NCBI GenBank assembly: GCA_964565725.1
Contig: CAZMGA010000003.1
Location: 8,300-40,299, forward strand
Direction: 5' to 3'
Length of the DNA: 32,000 bases
Source of the DNA: an uncultured archaeon
GTDB lineage: Archaea; Iainarchaeota; Iainarchaeia; Iainarchaeales; 0-14-0-20-30-16
A program made the position numbers and the translations under genes. Under the pieces are notes generated by a model, which was not told where the DNA came from, did not search any database, and saw only the letters and a list, made by a program, of their open reading frames with translations. How positions within the stretch are numbered: position 1 is the first letter of the stretch; the number at the start of each line of letters is the position of its first letter. This document shows positions 9,193 to 18,964 of the stretch, piece after piece.

Positions 9193-9825
9193 ATGGTCAA
9201 TAAGTTAATTGTTTGGGATGAATTAAAGTCTGAAAAATATTTGGAAAAACACTTAAATGTGGTAAAATCTTATGTTTATTCTGTGGATGAATTTAATAAA
9301 TTAAATAAACTAAATCTTAACTATCCTTTATTTATAAAAATTATTTCGGATAATGCAATACACAAAGTAAAAGCAAAAGCTATAAATGAAATATTAAACG
9401 AACAAAAATTTTTAAAGGAAAAAATAAATATTGTAAAAAGAGCAAAAGAGTTAAATGCAAAAAAAATAATTATTCAAGAAAAAATATACGGTAATGAATT
9501 AATTATTGGTGTAAAAGAAGATTTAAAATTTGGTAAAATTTTGATGATAGGTATAGGTGGAAAACATGCAGAACAAATAAAAGATGTATCTATAAGAGCA
9601 TTACCTATTAAAAAACAAGATTTAACATTAATGATTTCTAATTTAAAAAGTAAAGTAATAACTTTAGATATAGATATTGATAACTTATGGTTATTTATAT
9701 CAAAATTATTAAAATTTTTGAAAACAAAAGAAGGTAAAAATATAAAATTTATGGATTTAAATCCAGTTATTTTAGATTATAATTCTAAAAAGCCAATAAT
9801 TGTTGATGCTAGAATATATGTCTAA
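9193..9825 (+). CDS. ADP-forming acyl/acetyl-CoA synthetase beta subunit-like ATP-grasp protein (short, standalone)
   Basis: IIIQEKIYGNELIIGVKEDLKFGKILMIGIGGKHAEQIKDVSIRALPI and FMDLNPVILDYNSKKPIIVDARI match the ATP-grasp_5/AcdB pattern. Start set to ATG 9193 after GTGAG. Confidence 0.78.
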   Translation: MVNKLIVWDELKSEKYLEKHLNVVKSYVYSVDEFNKLNKLNLNYPLFIKIISDNAIHKVKAKAINEILNEQKFLKEKINIVKRAKELNAKKIIIQEKIYGNELIIGVKEDLKFGKILMIGIGGKHAEQIKDVSIRALPIKKQDLTLMISNLKSKVITLDIDIDNLWLFISKLLKFLKTKEGKNIKFMDLNPVILDYNSKKPIIVDARIYV

Positions 9826-10721
9826 TAATCGATATTAGGAAAAACTCGCACTATATTTTCCTTATCTATGTATATTGTTTTTTCATGTTGTGAAATTAAA
9901 GCTTTAGGATCTCTTTCAATTAATACTGGATAATCTGTTAATATTTTTGCATTTAATAAATTTTGAATTGCCATTCTTTTTTTTAAAGGCAAAACGTTTT
10001 TTCCAAACCACCTTTCTGAAAAAGGTAAACCATTAAAATTTTTGATTTCTGGAATTATACTTACATCTCTATGATTGCCTTCATTATAATTATAAATACT
10101 ACAAAAATTGCCTTCTTTTATTAATCCTGTACCGTTTGTTGCAAAAGGCTCTATTGCAAATATTCCTGTACCTATTTTATTTTTATTATCTGTTTTATAA
10201 TTATAAAATGATTTTCCTGAATGTAAATCATATTGGTTCATACTGTGCCCTGTTAAATTATATATTGGTTTAAAACCAAATTTTTTAATTTCGTTTTCTA
10301 TTATTTCACCTAAAATATCAAATTTAGAATTTTCTTTTTCTTCTTTTATATATTTTATTGCAGATTCTAAGGCTATTTTAGATGCGTTTTTCAATTCCAA
10401 ATTTTTATTACTTAAATCAATAGTGTACGCGGCATCTACTATATACCCATTGCTATGACATCCAAAATCAATTTTTACAATTTCATCGTTATATATTCTT
10501 GTATCATTACTAGTAGGAGAGTAATGTGCTGCTTCGTTGTTAAAAGAAATATTTACTGGAAATGCAACTTCACATTTTTTTTTAATTTCTTCTTCTATTT
10601 TATTAGCTGTATCTAAAATTAGATTTCCTTTTTTAATAGTTTCATCTGCAATTTTTTTTCCAGACAACCATGCTTTTTCTGCTTTTTCTAAATATTGTAA
10701 TATTTCATCCATATTTATCAT
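9822..10721 (-). CDS. map: Methionine aminopeptidase, type II (archaeal)
   Basis: AFPVNISFNNEAAHYSP, VKIDFGCHSNGYIVDAAYTIDL, NLTGHSMNQYDLHSG, FAIEPFATNG motifs. Confidence 0.93.
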   Translation of the reverse strand: MINMDEILQYLEKAEKAWLSGKKIADETIKKGNLILDTANKIEEEIKKKCEVAFPVNISFNNEAAHYSPTSNDTRIYNDEIVKIDFGCHSNGYIVDAAYTIDLSNKNLELKNASKIALESAIKYIKEEKENSKFDILGEIIENEIKKFGFKPIYNLTGHSMNQYDLHSGKSFYNYKTDNKNKIGTGIFAIEPFATNGTGLIKEGNFCSIYNYNEGNHRDVSIIPEIKNFNGLPFSERWFGKNVLPLKKRMAIQNLLNAKILTDYPVLIERDPKALISQHEKTIYIDKENIVRVFPNIDY

Positions 10722-10724
10722 TTA

Positions 10725-13118
10725 TTAAAATAATTTTTTTTGTGTAGGTTTATTCATTAATTGGTCTTCAGATATATTAAATACAATGAATATATTTTTA
10801 ACTGCTGGTATTATTTGGTTTTGAATATAATATTCTGAATCATAGTCTCCTTGTTTAACATATTCTACTAATTCAGATTTATCAGATATGGTTTTTCCAT
10901 TATTTGTTATAATATATCCTACAATAAATTCATTTATTTCTTTGCCTTTTGCAATAGCTTTTTTAACTGCTGAAACTGCTGGGCCAATAGAACTATATGT
11001 ATCTAAATCTTTTCTTATTTGGGTATAAATTATAAATTGATCATTTGAAATTTTATGTTCAAAAGTATCTTTAATTATTTTTTGAACATATTTTTTTGCA
11101 TCTTCAATTGCATTATCCTTTAATATTAATTCTAATACTTTTTTTTGTGTGTTTTTTGCAAGTAAAGACCAATCATGTCTTACATATTCAAAACCCACAA
11201 TTTTCATATTGTTATTTTCATCAATTAGGGCATATTTTTTTTTAGCTGGGTCGTCAGAAGATTTTTTTTGAATAAATAAACCTTGTGAATAAAATCCATC
11301 TAAAGATAATTCCATTATTCCTGGTAATTGAGTATTAATATGTTCTAAAAAATCAAAAATTTCTTTTTTATCTTTAGTATACTGTAAAAAACAAGAATCT
11401 GTATCCCCGTAAATTACTTTTAAACCTTTTTTTTCAGCTTCTTTAATTACTTCCAAAGTATGTACTCTGCTTGTTGATGCTACGCTTTGACCACAATCAA
11501 AATTGTACCATCTAGCTCTAGGATAACCCATATATCCATAAGTACTGTTTAATATTGTTTTAAAAGACCATTGATGAGCAAATAATGTTTTGTATTCTAA
11601 AGAATCTTTAGGATAATTTTTCATATCGTGTTTTGCTTTTATTCTTTGATTAAAAACTTGATTTAACATTTTTGGCAATGTAGCCTCAATATCTTTTGAA
11701 AATATATTTTTATTGTCATCAATAAATATATTTTTTGTTTTTTCATTAATTGTTTCTGGACTAATATTATATGTTATTATAACACTAGGATATAATGATT
11801 GAAAATCTAAAACAGCTATATTTTTATGTAATCCTAAAATTGGTTCTTTAACATATGCTCCTAAAAATCTTTTTTCATTTCTAACATCTATAATATTTCC
11901 TGATGGCATTGAAGGAATTATTTTTTTTTCTTGAATTGCTTTATGCATAAGTAATGATTCAACTATAGCACTGGAACTTGTTCGGGTTATTTCTTGTAAA
12001 GGTTTTCCAGTTAGTTGGGTTAATGCTATAAATTGATCTAAAAAATTCTCTCCTATTTCATAACATGCTATAGAATCTACTAAATTATATTCTACAAATT
12101 TTTCATATAATTTAATATTTTTATAATATTTTTCCATTTCATTATAAGGTAAATCTATTTTGTGTTTTCCAAATAAGTAATTGTATACCGAATCTAAATT
12201 TAATTTAAATAAATCTAAGGATCCTTTCATAGATAAGCTTTTAACAACTTTATATACATCAATATGTTGATAATTTTTTAAATTAAATTCTAAATTGTTG
12301 CCTCTAGATATAACCGGATTAAAAGTATTATTAAATTCAGATTCTAAATCATTTTTCTTACATCTTTCTTTAATAAATGGAAAATCATAAACATCTCCAT
12401 TATAACTATAAATTAAATCAGGATCAAATTTTTTTATTGTTTGTAAAAATTCTAATAATAACTCTTTTTCACTTTGAACTTGCGTATAATATTCTAAATC
12501 ACTTTTTAATGAGTTATAACCTATAACCTTTTTTAGTTCTGGATTTTTGCTGTAAAGTGAAATTAAAACTATTGCTTCTTTTTTTGGGTCTATACTTTTG
12601 CCTAAAGTTTCAATATCAAAAGCTATTTTTTTTAAATCTAGTCCAAAACTATTTAATTCTTGAAATTGAAAATCTTCAGAAATATTATAATATTTTAAAC
12701 AATATATATTTTTATCAATAATATAACGAAAGTCAAAAGGAATATCATATTCAAATTTACCAATATAAAATAATTCTTCTTTTATTCTATTTCTCGCATC
12801 TAACAAATGAGATATTTTTTCAAAATATATTTTGTATATTTTAATTTTTTTTAATTCTTCAATGTTTAATGCTTTTTCCTTAAAATGTGCAAATTTGCTT
12901 ATTTGTAATAAATCTTTATTTACTTTTTCTAAATTAATTATTTTATAATTTTCTAAATCATTTATTTTTAAATCTATATTTGACAATAAGTAAAAATAAG
13001 GTTTAAAAGAGTGATCTTCTAAAACTTTTTTACCATCTTTAGTTTTAACACATAATTTAATATAAGATTCTTCTTCATTGTTTACACTATAAACATATAA
13101 CAATAATCCTTTTATCAT
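10725..13118 (-). CDS. DNA polymerase family B with 3'-5' exonuclease, no intein
   Basis: ExoI FDIETLGKS, ExoII YSYNGDVYDFPFI, ExoIII YNLVDSIACYE; polymerase motifs DFQSLYPSVI, TILNSTYGYMG, VIYGDTDS. Start moved from 13157 to 13118 (ATG preceded by GTGAGAAT), which removes the overlap into the upstream gene. Confidence 0.95.
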   Translation of the reverse strand: MIKGLLLYVYSVNNEEESYIKLCVKTKDGKKVLEDHSFKPYFYLLSNIDLKINDLENYKIINLEKVNKDLLQISKFAHFKEKALNIEELKKIKIYKIYFEKISHLLDARNRIKEELFYIGKFEYDIPFDFRYIIDKNIYCLKYYNISEDFQFQELNSFGLDLKKIAFDIETLGKSIDPKKEAIVLISLYSKNPELKKVIGYNSLKSDLEYYTQVQSEKELLLEFLQTIKKFDPDLIYSYNGDVYDFPFIKERCKKNDLESEFNNTFNPVISRGNNLEFNLKNYQHIDVYKVVKSLSMKGSLDLFKLNLDSVYNYLFGKHKIDLPYNEMEKYYKNIKLYEKFVEYNLVDSIACYEIGENFLDQFIALTQLTGKPLQEITRTSSSAIVESLLMHKAIQEKKIIPSMPSGNIIDVRNEKRFLGAYVKEPILGLHKNIAVLDFQSLYPSVIITYNISPETINEKTKNIFIDDNKNIFSKDIEATLPKMLNQVFNQRIKAKHDMKNYPKDSLEYKTLFAHQWSFKTILNSTYGYMGYPRARWYNFDCGQSVASTSRVHTLEVIKEAEKKGLKVIYGDTDSCFLQYTKDKKEIFDFLEHINTQLPGIMELSLDGFYSQGLFIQKKSSDDPAKKKYALIDENNNMKIVGFEYVRHDWSLLAKNTQKKVLELILKDNAIEDAKKYVQKIIKDTFEHKISNDQFIIYTQIRKDLDTYSSIGPAVSAVKKAIAKGKEINEFIVGYIITNNGKTISDKSELVEYVKQGDYDSEYYIQNQIIPAVKNIFIVFNISEDQLMNKPTQKKLF

Positions 13119-13122
13119 ATTC

Positions 13123-13593
13123 TCACTTATTATCATAATTCCAAATATTGTCCCCAATATAGTGTAAAGTTTTTATTGTTTTCCCCTTTTTTAAGGATTT
13201 CATAGTGTTTGAATCAAACAAAGTTATCCCTAAAGCTAAATTTTTTTTATGGGTTTCATCTTTAATTAAAATTAATTCATTTTCTTTAAAATCAGAAATA
13301 TATTTAATTCCTGGAGCCATAATATCTGCTCCTTTTGTAACAAAAGATATTGCTCCAGTATCTATTAATATGTATGGTAAATTCAAATTTGTATTTATTA
13401 TTAGTTTAAGATTAGGTACAAAAAAATCATTATATAAACAACCAATTATTTCTTTATTTAGTCTAATTAAATCGAGACTTTTTTCATTTTCAATAATTTC
13501 TAAGTTTTTACTTAAGTCTAGATTTAAATTATATTTTGAAATTTTATCTATAATTTCCTTGCTTTCTTTTTTATTTAATTGTTTAATTTTCAT
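13123..13593 (-). CDS. PUA-domain RNA-binding protein (archaeal MCT-1/Tma20-like)
   Basis: ILIDTGAISFVTKGADIMAPGIKYI...NLALGITLFDSNTMKSLKKGKTIKTLHYIGDNIW is the PUA signature. Confidence 0.82.
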   Translation of the reverse strand: MKIKQLNKKESKEIIDKISKYNLNLDLSKNLEIIENEKSLDLIRLNKEIIGCLYNDFFVPNLKLIINTNLNLPYILIDTGAISFVTKGADIMAPGIKYISDFKENELILIKDETHKKNLALGITLFDSNTMKSLKKGKTIKTLHYIGDNIWNYDNK

Positions 13594-13613
13594 AATAAAA
13601 TATAGTCTAAAAG

Positions 13614-13621
13614 TATATAAA
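13614..13621 (-). promoter_or_regulatory. TATA box of the PUA gene (leaderless architecture)
   Basis: TTTATATA on minus strand, first base 28 nt before A of ATG (13593). Confidence 0.6.
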
Positions 13622-13700
13622 TGGACTATATCTTAAGTTTATATTTAAAAGGAGATACTATTATATAATATATATTATAAAATATATATATAGGGATGAT

Positions 13701-14168
13701 ATGGTAACTAAAAAGAAAGTAAATGATGTTGAAAAAAATATTGAAAAAGTAGAAGATTTGTCTTTAGATTATGATTTTTTATTAAATAGAGCTAAAGAAC
13801 AATTAGATAAAATTAATGTTGTTCAAGAAAGATTTACAATACCTGAAATTGATAGCCAAATACAAGGTAAAAAAACATTATTAAGAAATGCTGGTTTAAT
13901 TTCTAAAGAAATAAAAAGAGATATCCAACATATTTTAAAATATTTTGTTAAAGAAACTGGTTTACCAGCTACAACAGATAATTCAAAAATAATTTTAAAT
14001 GGTGTTGTTAATACTTTTAAGGTTTCTCAAATATACAAAAAATATATTTCTGAATTTTTAATATGTAAACAATGTGGTAAACCAGAAACAAGAATAATTT
14101 CTGAAAAAGGAATTGTTGTAATGAAATGTGATGCGTGTGGAGCTATAACTCCAATAAGAAAAATTTGA
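13701..14168 (+). CDS. eif2b: Translation initiation factor aIF2 subunit beta
   Basis: [43 protein letters not shown]..., C-terminal Zn ribbon [11 protein letters not shown]...MKCDACGA. Confidence 0.93.
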   Translation: MVTKKKVNDVEKNIEKVEDLSLDYDFLLNRAKEQLDKINVVQERFTIPEIDSQIQGKKTLLRNAGLISKEIKRDIQHILKYFVKETGLPATTDNSKIILNGVVNTFKVSQIYKKYISEFLICKQCGKPETRIISEKGIVVMKCDACGAITPIRKI

Positions 14169-14169
14169 G

Positions 14170-14487
14170 GTGGTATATATTTATAAAAGAACTGATTCAC
14201 AAGAATTCAAGTTAAGATTGCCTAATAGAGCAGAAGGAGAAGAATTTGCATTAGTAACTATATTAACTGGTGCAGAATACATAAAAGTTTTATGTGAAGA
14301 TGGAACTGAAAAAGCAGCAAGAATTACAGGAAAGTTGAGATATAAAGTTTTTATTAAAGAAAACGATATAATAATAGTTAGAAAAAGAGAATATGATGAA
14401 GGCAAAGTAGATGTTATTTGGAGATATTTACCTTTACAAGTTGCAAAATTAAAAAATATGGGTCAATTAGATAAATTTCCTATTTAG
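14170..14487 (+). CDS. eif1A: Translation initiation factor aIF1A (GTG start)
   Basis: RLPNRAEGEEFALVTILTGAEYIKVLCEDGTEKAARITGKLRYKVFIKENDIIIVRKREYDEGKVDVIWRY. Confidence 0.92.
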   Translation: MVYIYKRTDSQEFKLRLPNRAEGEEFALVTILTGAEYIKVLCEDGTEKAARITGKLRYKVFIKENDIIIVRKREYDEGKVDVIWRYLPLQVAKLKNMGQLDKFPI

Positions 14488-14494
14488 TGATATT

Positions 14495-16255
14495 ATGAAA
14501 AGATTTATTTCTAATTTAATTTTTTTGGCATTAGATTCAAAAATAGATAAATCTTTAATTGATAAAACTACTATGGAATCTAGATTAAAAGAATTTGATT
14601 TTGCATCATCTATTTTAATAGTAAATAAAAATATAGACAAAGATAAATTTATTACTAATTTAAAAGAATACGATTTATTTGAAAAAGTAGAAATTATAAA
14701 CAATTTTGTAAACATTTCTTTAAATAAAATTTATTTTTTAAATAATTCTTTTGAAGTTGTTAAAGAAGATAAAAAAATAATGATTGAGTTTTCATCCCCC
14801 AATTCTAATAAACCTTTACATTTAGGACATATAAGAAATACTCTGTTGGGTAATTCTTTATCTAATTTATTGGCAAAAAAATATAATATAATAAAAGCAA
14901 ATTTAGTTAATGATAGAGGAATACATATTTGTAAATCTATGATTGGTTATTTAAAATTATCACAATTTAAAACTCCTGAAGAAGCAAAAATGAAATCTGA
15001 TTTCTTTGTAGGATATTGTTATGTTTTGTTTGCTCAAAAAGAAAAAGATGATCCTTCTTTAATTAAAGATGCTGAGGATATGTTAAAAAAATGGGAATCA
15101 GGGGATAAAGAAATTTTAAATTTATGGCATAAATTAAGAAATTGGTCTTTAGAAGGAATGAAAGAAACATATTCTAAATTAGGGGTTAATTTTGATGTTT
15201 GGTTTTATGAATCTGATATTTATAATAAAGGTAAAGAAATTATTTTAGATGCTTATAAAAATGGAAAAGTTAAATTAGAAGATTTGGGTTATGTTGTAAG
15301 GTTTGGAGATAAAGCTGAGGGTTATAAAGTAGTATTACGAAAAGATGAAACATCTATTTATATTACCCAAGATATTTATTTGGCTAAATTAAAGTTTGAT
15401 GAATATAATTTAGATAAAAGTATATATGTAGTAGGTTCAGAACAAAAAGATTATTTTAGTAAATTAAAAAAAGTTTTAATAGAATTAGGTTATGAAAGAT
15501 ATTCTAATGATTTGGAACATTATTGTTATGGTATGATTTATTTACCAGATGGTAAAATGAAAAGTCGTGAAGGTAATGTAGTTGATGCTGATAATTTAAT
15601 TGACGATTTAAGAACAAAAGCAAAAACTATTTTATTAGAAAAAAATAAAGATTCTAATTTAAGCATAGAGGATGAAAGTAAAATTATTGCCGATGCTGCA
15701 TTAAAATATTTTATTTTAAAGTATGATTCAAAAAAAGACTTTACTTTTGATGTTCATTCTTCATTATCTTTTGAAGGTAATTCTGGGCCTTATTTATTAT
15801 ATACATATGCGAGAATTAATTCTTTATTAAATAATATAAAGTCCTATTTAGAATCTGCAAAACAAAGAGATCCTAATTTATTTGATAAAAAAAATAATAT
15901 TAAAAGTGATGATTTATTTGTATTAAATGAATTTGAAGAGTTTGTAATTAATCCTAATTCTGTTATTAAATATATTCCATCTGATTTGGAAAAGGAATTA
16001 TCTGCAATAATGATTAAATATAATGATAAGTTAGATGAAGCTATTGAAAAAAAAGAAGTTCATTTAATTTTAACATATATTACTGATTTAGCAAATAATT
16101 TTAATAGCTTATATGCTAATTTAAAAATTATAGATGAATCTAACAATAATTTATTAAATGATTTAGAAGTAAGATATCCTTTTTATAATAAATTAAAATT
16201 AATTTTTGAAGACATTTTTAATATATTAGGTATAACTAAATTAGATAAAATGTAA
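14495..16255 (+). CDS. argS: Arginyl-tRNA synthetase
   Basis: FSSPNSNKPLHLGHIRNTLLGNSLSNLL; LVNDRGIHICKSM; LPDGKMKSREGNVV; C-terminal anticodon-binding helical domain. Confidence 0.93.
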   Translation: MKRFISNLIFLALDSKIDKSLIDKTTMESRLKEFDFASSILIVNKNIDKDKFITNLKEYDLFEKVEIINNFVNISLNKIYFLNNSFEVVKEDKKIMIEFSSPNSNKPLHLGHIRNTLLGNSLSNLLAKKYNIIKANLVNDRGIHICKSMIGYLKLSQFKTPEEAKMKSDFFVGYCYVLFAQKEKDDPSLIKDAEDMLKKWESGDKEILNLWHKLRNWSLEGMKETYSKLGVNFDVWFYESDIYNKGKEIILDAYKNGKVKLEDLGYVVRFGDKAEGYKVVLRKDETSIYITQDIYLAKLKFDEYNLDKSIYVVGSEQKDYFSKLKKVLIELGYERYSNDLEHYCYGMIYLPDGKMKSREGNVVDADNLIDDLRTKAKTILLEKNKDSNLSIEDESKIIADAALKYFILKYDSKKDFTFDVHSSLSFEGNSGPYLLYTYARINSLLNNIKSYLESAKQRDPNLFDKKNNIKSDDLFVLNEFEEFVINPNSVIKYIPSDLEKELSAIMIKYNDKLDEAIEKKEVHLILTYITDLANNFNSLYANLKIIDESNNNLLNDLEVRYPFYNKLKLIFEDIFNILGITKLDKM

Positions 16256-16612
16256 TCATAATTTAATAAATAAATTTAATATACTTAATAACAATAAAAT
16301 TATACTCAAAACAATTCCAAATTTGGATATTTTATTATTTGCTTTTTTTATTTGCAATACACTTAAAATTATACTTAATATTCCAAAACTTATGATCAAA
16401 TATTTGTTAAAAGTAATTTGAGTTATTTTACTTAATATGTCCATTATAATATAAGCTATAAAAACTAAAGGAATTATAACTCCTATTATGCCAAAATTGT
16501 TAGTTATTGGTTTCTCATTTCTATAGGAATATATTTTTTCATAATTAGGTAATTCAGGTGTTTTTAATCTATCTTCTATTTCTTTTATTGGATTTTTATC
16601 ATTAAACATCAA
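16256..16612 (-). CDS. Small integral membrane protein, unknown function
   Basis: 118 aa with about 3 hydrophobic segments (FGIIGVIIPLVFIAYIIMDIL; YLIISFGILSIILSVL; FGIVLSIILLLLSILNLFI). Confidence 0.6.
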   Translation of the reverse strand: MMFNDKNPIKEIEDRLKTPELPNYEKIYSYRNEKPITNNFGIIGVIIPLVFIAYIIMDILSKITQITFNKYLIISFGILSIILSVLQIKKANNKISKFGIVLSIILLLLSILNLFIKL

Positions 16613-16651
16613 ATCACAAATATACTATTATATAAAAGTTTATATATCTTT

Positions 16652-18940
16652 TTATTTTATGTTAATTTCTGTAGCACTATCTAAATCTTTATTTCTTTCA
16701 ACATAAATTATATTTTTTGCATTGTTTTCTAGATTTATGTCGTGAGTAATTACAAATATTTGTTCTACAAATTTAGGCAAATATTGTGAAAACAAATCTG
16801 ATAAAAAAGATATACTTTTTTTATCTAAGTTGTGGGTTGGTTCATCTAAAACTAATAGATTTAATTTATTTTGCATTACTAAAGACATAGCTATTCTTAA
16901 TGTTAATGCTATTGCACTTCTTTCGCCTCCAGAAATAAATTCATCTAATTCTCTTTTATAATTATTATCAAATTCTAATTCAATCTTATAATCTCCATTA
17001 GAAATATTAAAAGAGATTTTATTAAAATCTTTATATGGATATATGTTTTGCCATAGCTCCATAAAAACAGCGTTTACACTTTTTACTACTAATTCTCTAA
17101 CTTGTTCTTGTGTTTTTTTTGCAACATTAGAAAATATTATTAAATCTTCAACGTATTTTTTTATGATGTTAATTTGTTTTTCAGTTTTATTTTTATTTAA
17201 ATATATTTGATTATATTGTTCTAGCTTAAATAATTCTTCTTTGTGTTGTTTTTCTTTTTCCAAAATAATTTCTTTTTTATATTTTGTTTCTGTTATAATT
17301 TTTTGTAATTCACTTTTAATTACTGCAAATTCTTCAGGATTATATTCAATTTTAGATAATTTTTCATTATTTATTATCAATTCATTTTTTATTTTTTCTA
17401 AATCTTTTTGTTTGTTTTCATAATCATTTATTATTCTCAATTTATTTTCATAATTTTTAACACTGATATCTATATCTTTTAGTTCGTTTTGTATTTTTTC
17501 TAAATTTTCTTTAAAGTTTATTTCTAGTTTAATATTATTTTCTATTTCTGTTTTAAATTTATCTAAATCATTTATTTCTAATTTTGTTTTTTCATATATT
17601 TCTATATTTCTATTATAAAACTCTCTTAATTTATTTTTAGTATCATATGTTTTTTTTAATATTGTATAATTTTCTTTTTCTTTAATTATGTCTATTTCTA
17701 ATTGTTCTTTATTGGTTTTCTTTTTTATAAGAACTTCATTTTTATGATTTAAATTCAATTCTTGATTACATAATGGGCAATTTGCATCACTTTTTTCTAA
17801 TATTTTTAAATCATTTTCCAAAGATTTAATTAATGTTTCATTTTTAGTAATAATTGTTCGCGAGTTTTCAATTTCTAAAACTAATTTATTAACTATATCG
17901 TTGATATCTTTTGGAATTTCTTTTAATAATTCATCCATTGTTTTAAAATCATTTTTTTTATTGTTTAATTCATTTAATTTATTTTGTAAAAACATACTTT
18001 TACTTTTTAAATTATTATAATCTTGTTCTATTTTTAATTTATTTTTTGTATTTTCTTCTTTTATTTTTTTTAAATTATTATAATCTTGTTCTATTTTTAA
18101 TTTGTTTTCTTTTACTTCAAAGGTTTTTAATTCATTTTCTAAATAATTTTGTTTTCCTTTTAAATTGTTTATAGAATTGTTTAATAATTCAAATTCTTGT
18201 TTTTCTTTATTGATTTTTATTTCTAATTCTTTTTTTATTTCTAATTCTTTTTCTGTTTTTTCTAAATGTGTTTTTATAGTTTTTATTTCTTCATTAATTG
18301 TTTTAATTTTTATTTCAATATTGTCTTTATTGTAATTTTCTAATAATTTAGAATATTCATTTATTTTAATTTTTAAATCATCATATTTTATTTTTAGTCT
18401 GTTGCTTATTTGTCGCGCATTAACACTAATAGTATCATAAAAAGAAATGTCAAATAAATTATCAAATAAAATTTTTCTTTCATTTGCAGGTAATTTCAAA
18501 AAATAATCTATTGCATTTTGTTCAGCATAATTTGCTTTCATAAACAAATCTATATTTATTTTTAAGATGTTTTCAATTTCATCATTTACATCAGAAGGTT
18601 TTGGGCCCCTTATCAAATTATTATTTTTATATAATTTGGCTTGGCTACTTTTATTTAAAAATATATTTCTTTCTATTTTGTATAAATCATTATCGACATT
18701 GAATTCTAAAATTACTGTTGCTTCATTTTGTTGTAATGGTTTGCTCATTATTATATCTTTTACAGGAATTTTTTTTGATTTAATGTTTGGGGTTGTACCA
18801 AATAATGCAAAAACTATTGCATCAAATATGCTTGTTTTCCCAGAACCAATATTTCCTACAATTACATTATAACCCGAGTTAAATAATATTTCACTTTGTT
18901 TATGACTCTTCCAGTTTATTAAAATTAGTTTATTTAGCAT
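16652..18940 (-). CDS. rad50: Rad50-like SMC-family ATPase with zinc hook
   Basis: YNVIVGNIGSGKTSIFDAIVFALFG Walker A, long coiled coil with CPLC hook (ANCPLCNQEL), signature FISGGERSAIALTLRIAMS, Walker B LNLLVLDEPTHNLD. Confidence 0.9.
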   Translation of the reverse strand: MLNKLILINWKSHKQSEILFNSGYNVIVGNIGSGKTSIFDAIVFALFGTTPNIKSKKIPVKDIIMSKPLQQNEATVILEFNVDNDLYKIERNIFLNKSSQAKLYKNNNLIRGPKPSDVNDEIENILKINIDLFMKANYAEQNAIDYFLKLPANERKILFDNLFDISFYDTISVNARQISNRLKIKYDDLKIKINEYSKLLENYNKDNIEIKIKTINEEIKTIKTHLEKTEKELEIKKELEIKINKEKQEFELLNNSINNLKGKQNYLENELKTFEVKENKLKIEQDYNNLKKIKEENTKNKLKIEQDYNNLKSKSMFLQNKLNELNNKKNDFKTMDELLKEIPKDINDIVNKLVLEIENSRTIITKNETLIKSLENDLKILEKSDANCPLCNQELNLNHKNEVLIKKKTNKEQLEIDIIKEKENYTILKKTYDTKNKLREFYNRNIEIYEKTKLEINDLDKFKTEIENNIKLEINFKENLEKIQNELKDIDISVKNYENKLRIINDYENKQKDLEKIKNELIINNEKLSKIEYNPEEFAVIKSELQKIITETKYKKEIILEKEKQHKEELFKLEQYNQIYLNKNKTEKQINIIKKYVEDLIIFSNVAKKTQEQVRELVVKSVNAVFMELWQNIYPYKDFNKISFNISNGDYKIELEFDNNYKRELDEFISGGERSAIALTLRIAMSLVMQNKLNLLVLDEPTHNLDKKSISFLSDLFSQYLPKFVEQIFVITHDINLENNAKNIIYVERNKDLDSATEINIK

Positions 18941-18964
18941 ATATTATAAATATTAAAAGTGTTT

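Noticed and set aside
13205-13636. 143-aa plus-strand ORF
   Set aside because: Fully antisense to the PUA-domain gene, whose translation has clear family motifs; spurious shadow ORF.
13681-13700. AT dinucleotide-rich stretch upstream of aIF2-beta as a functional repeat
   Set aside because: Short, imperfect ATATAT run in a ~107-nt divergent promoter region; expected from TATA elements and base composition.
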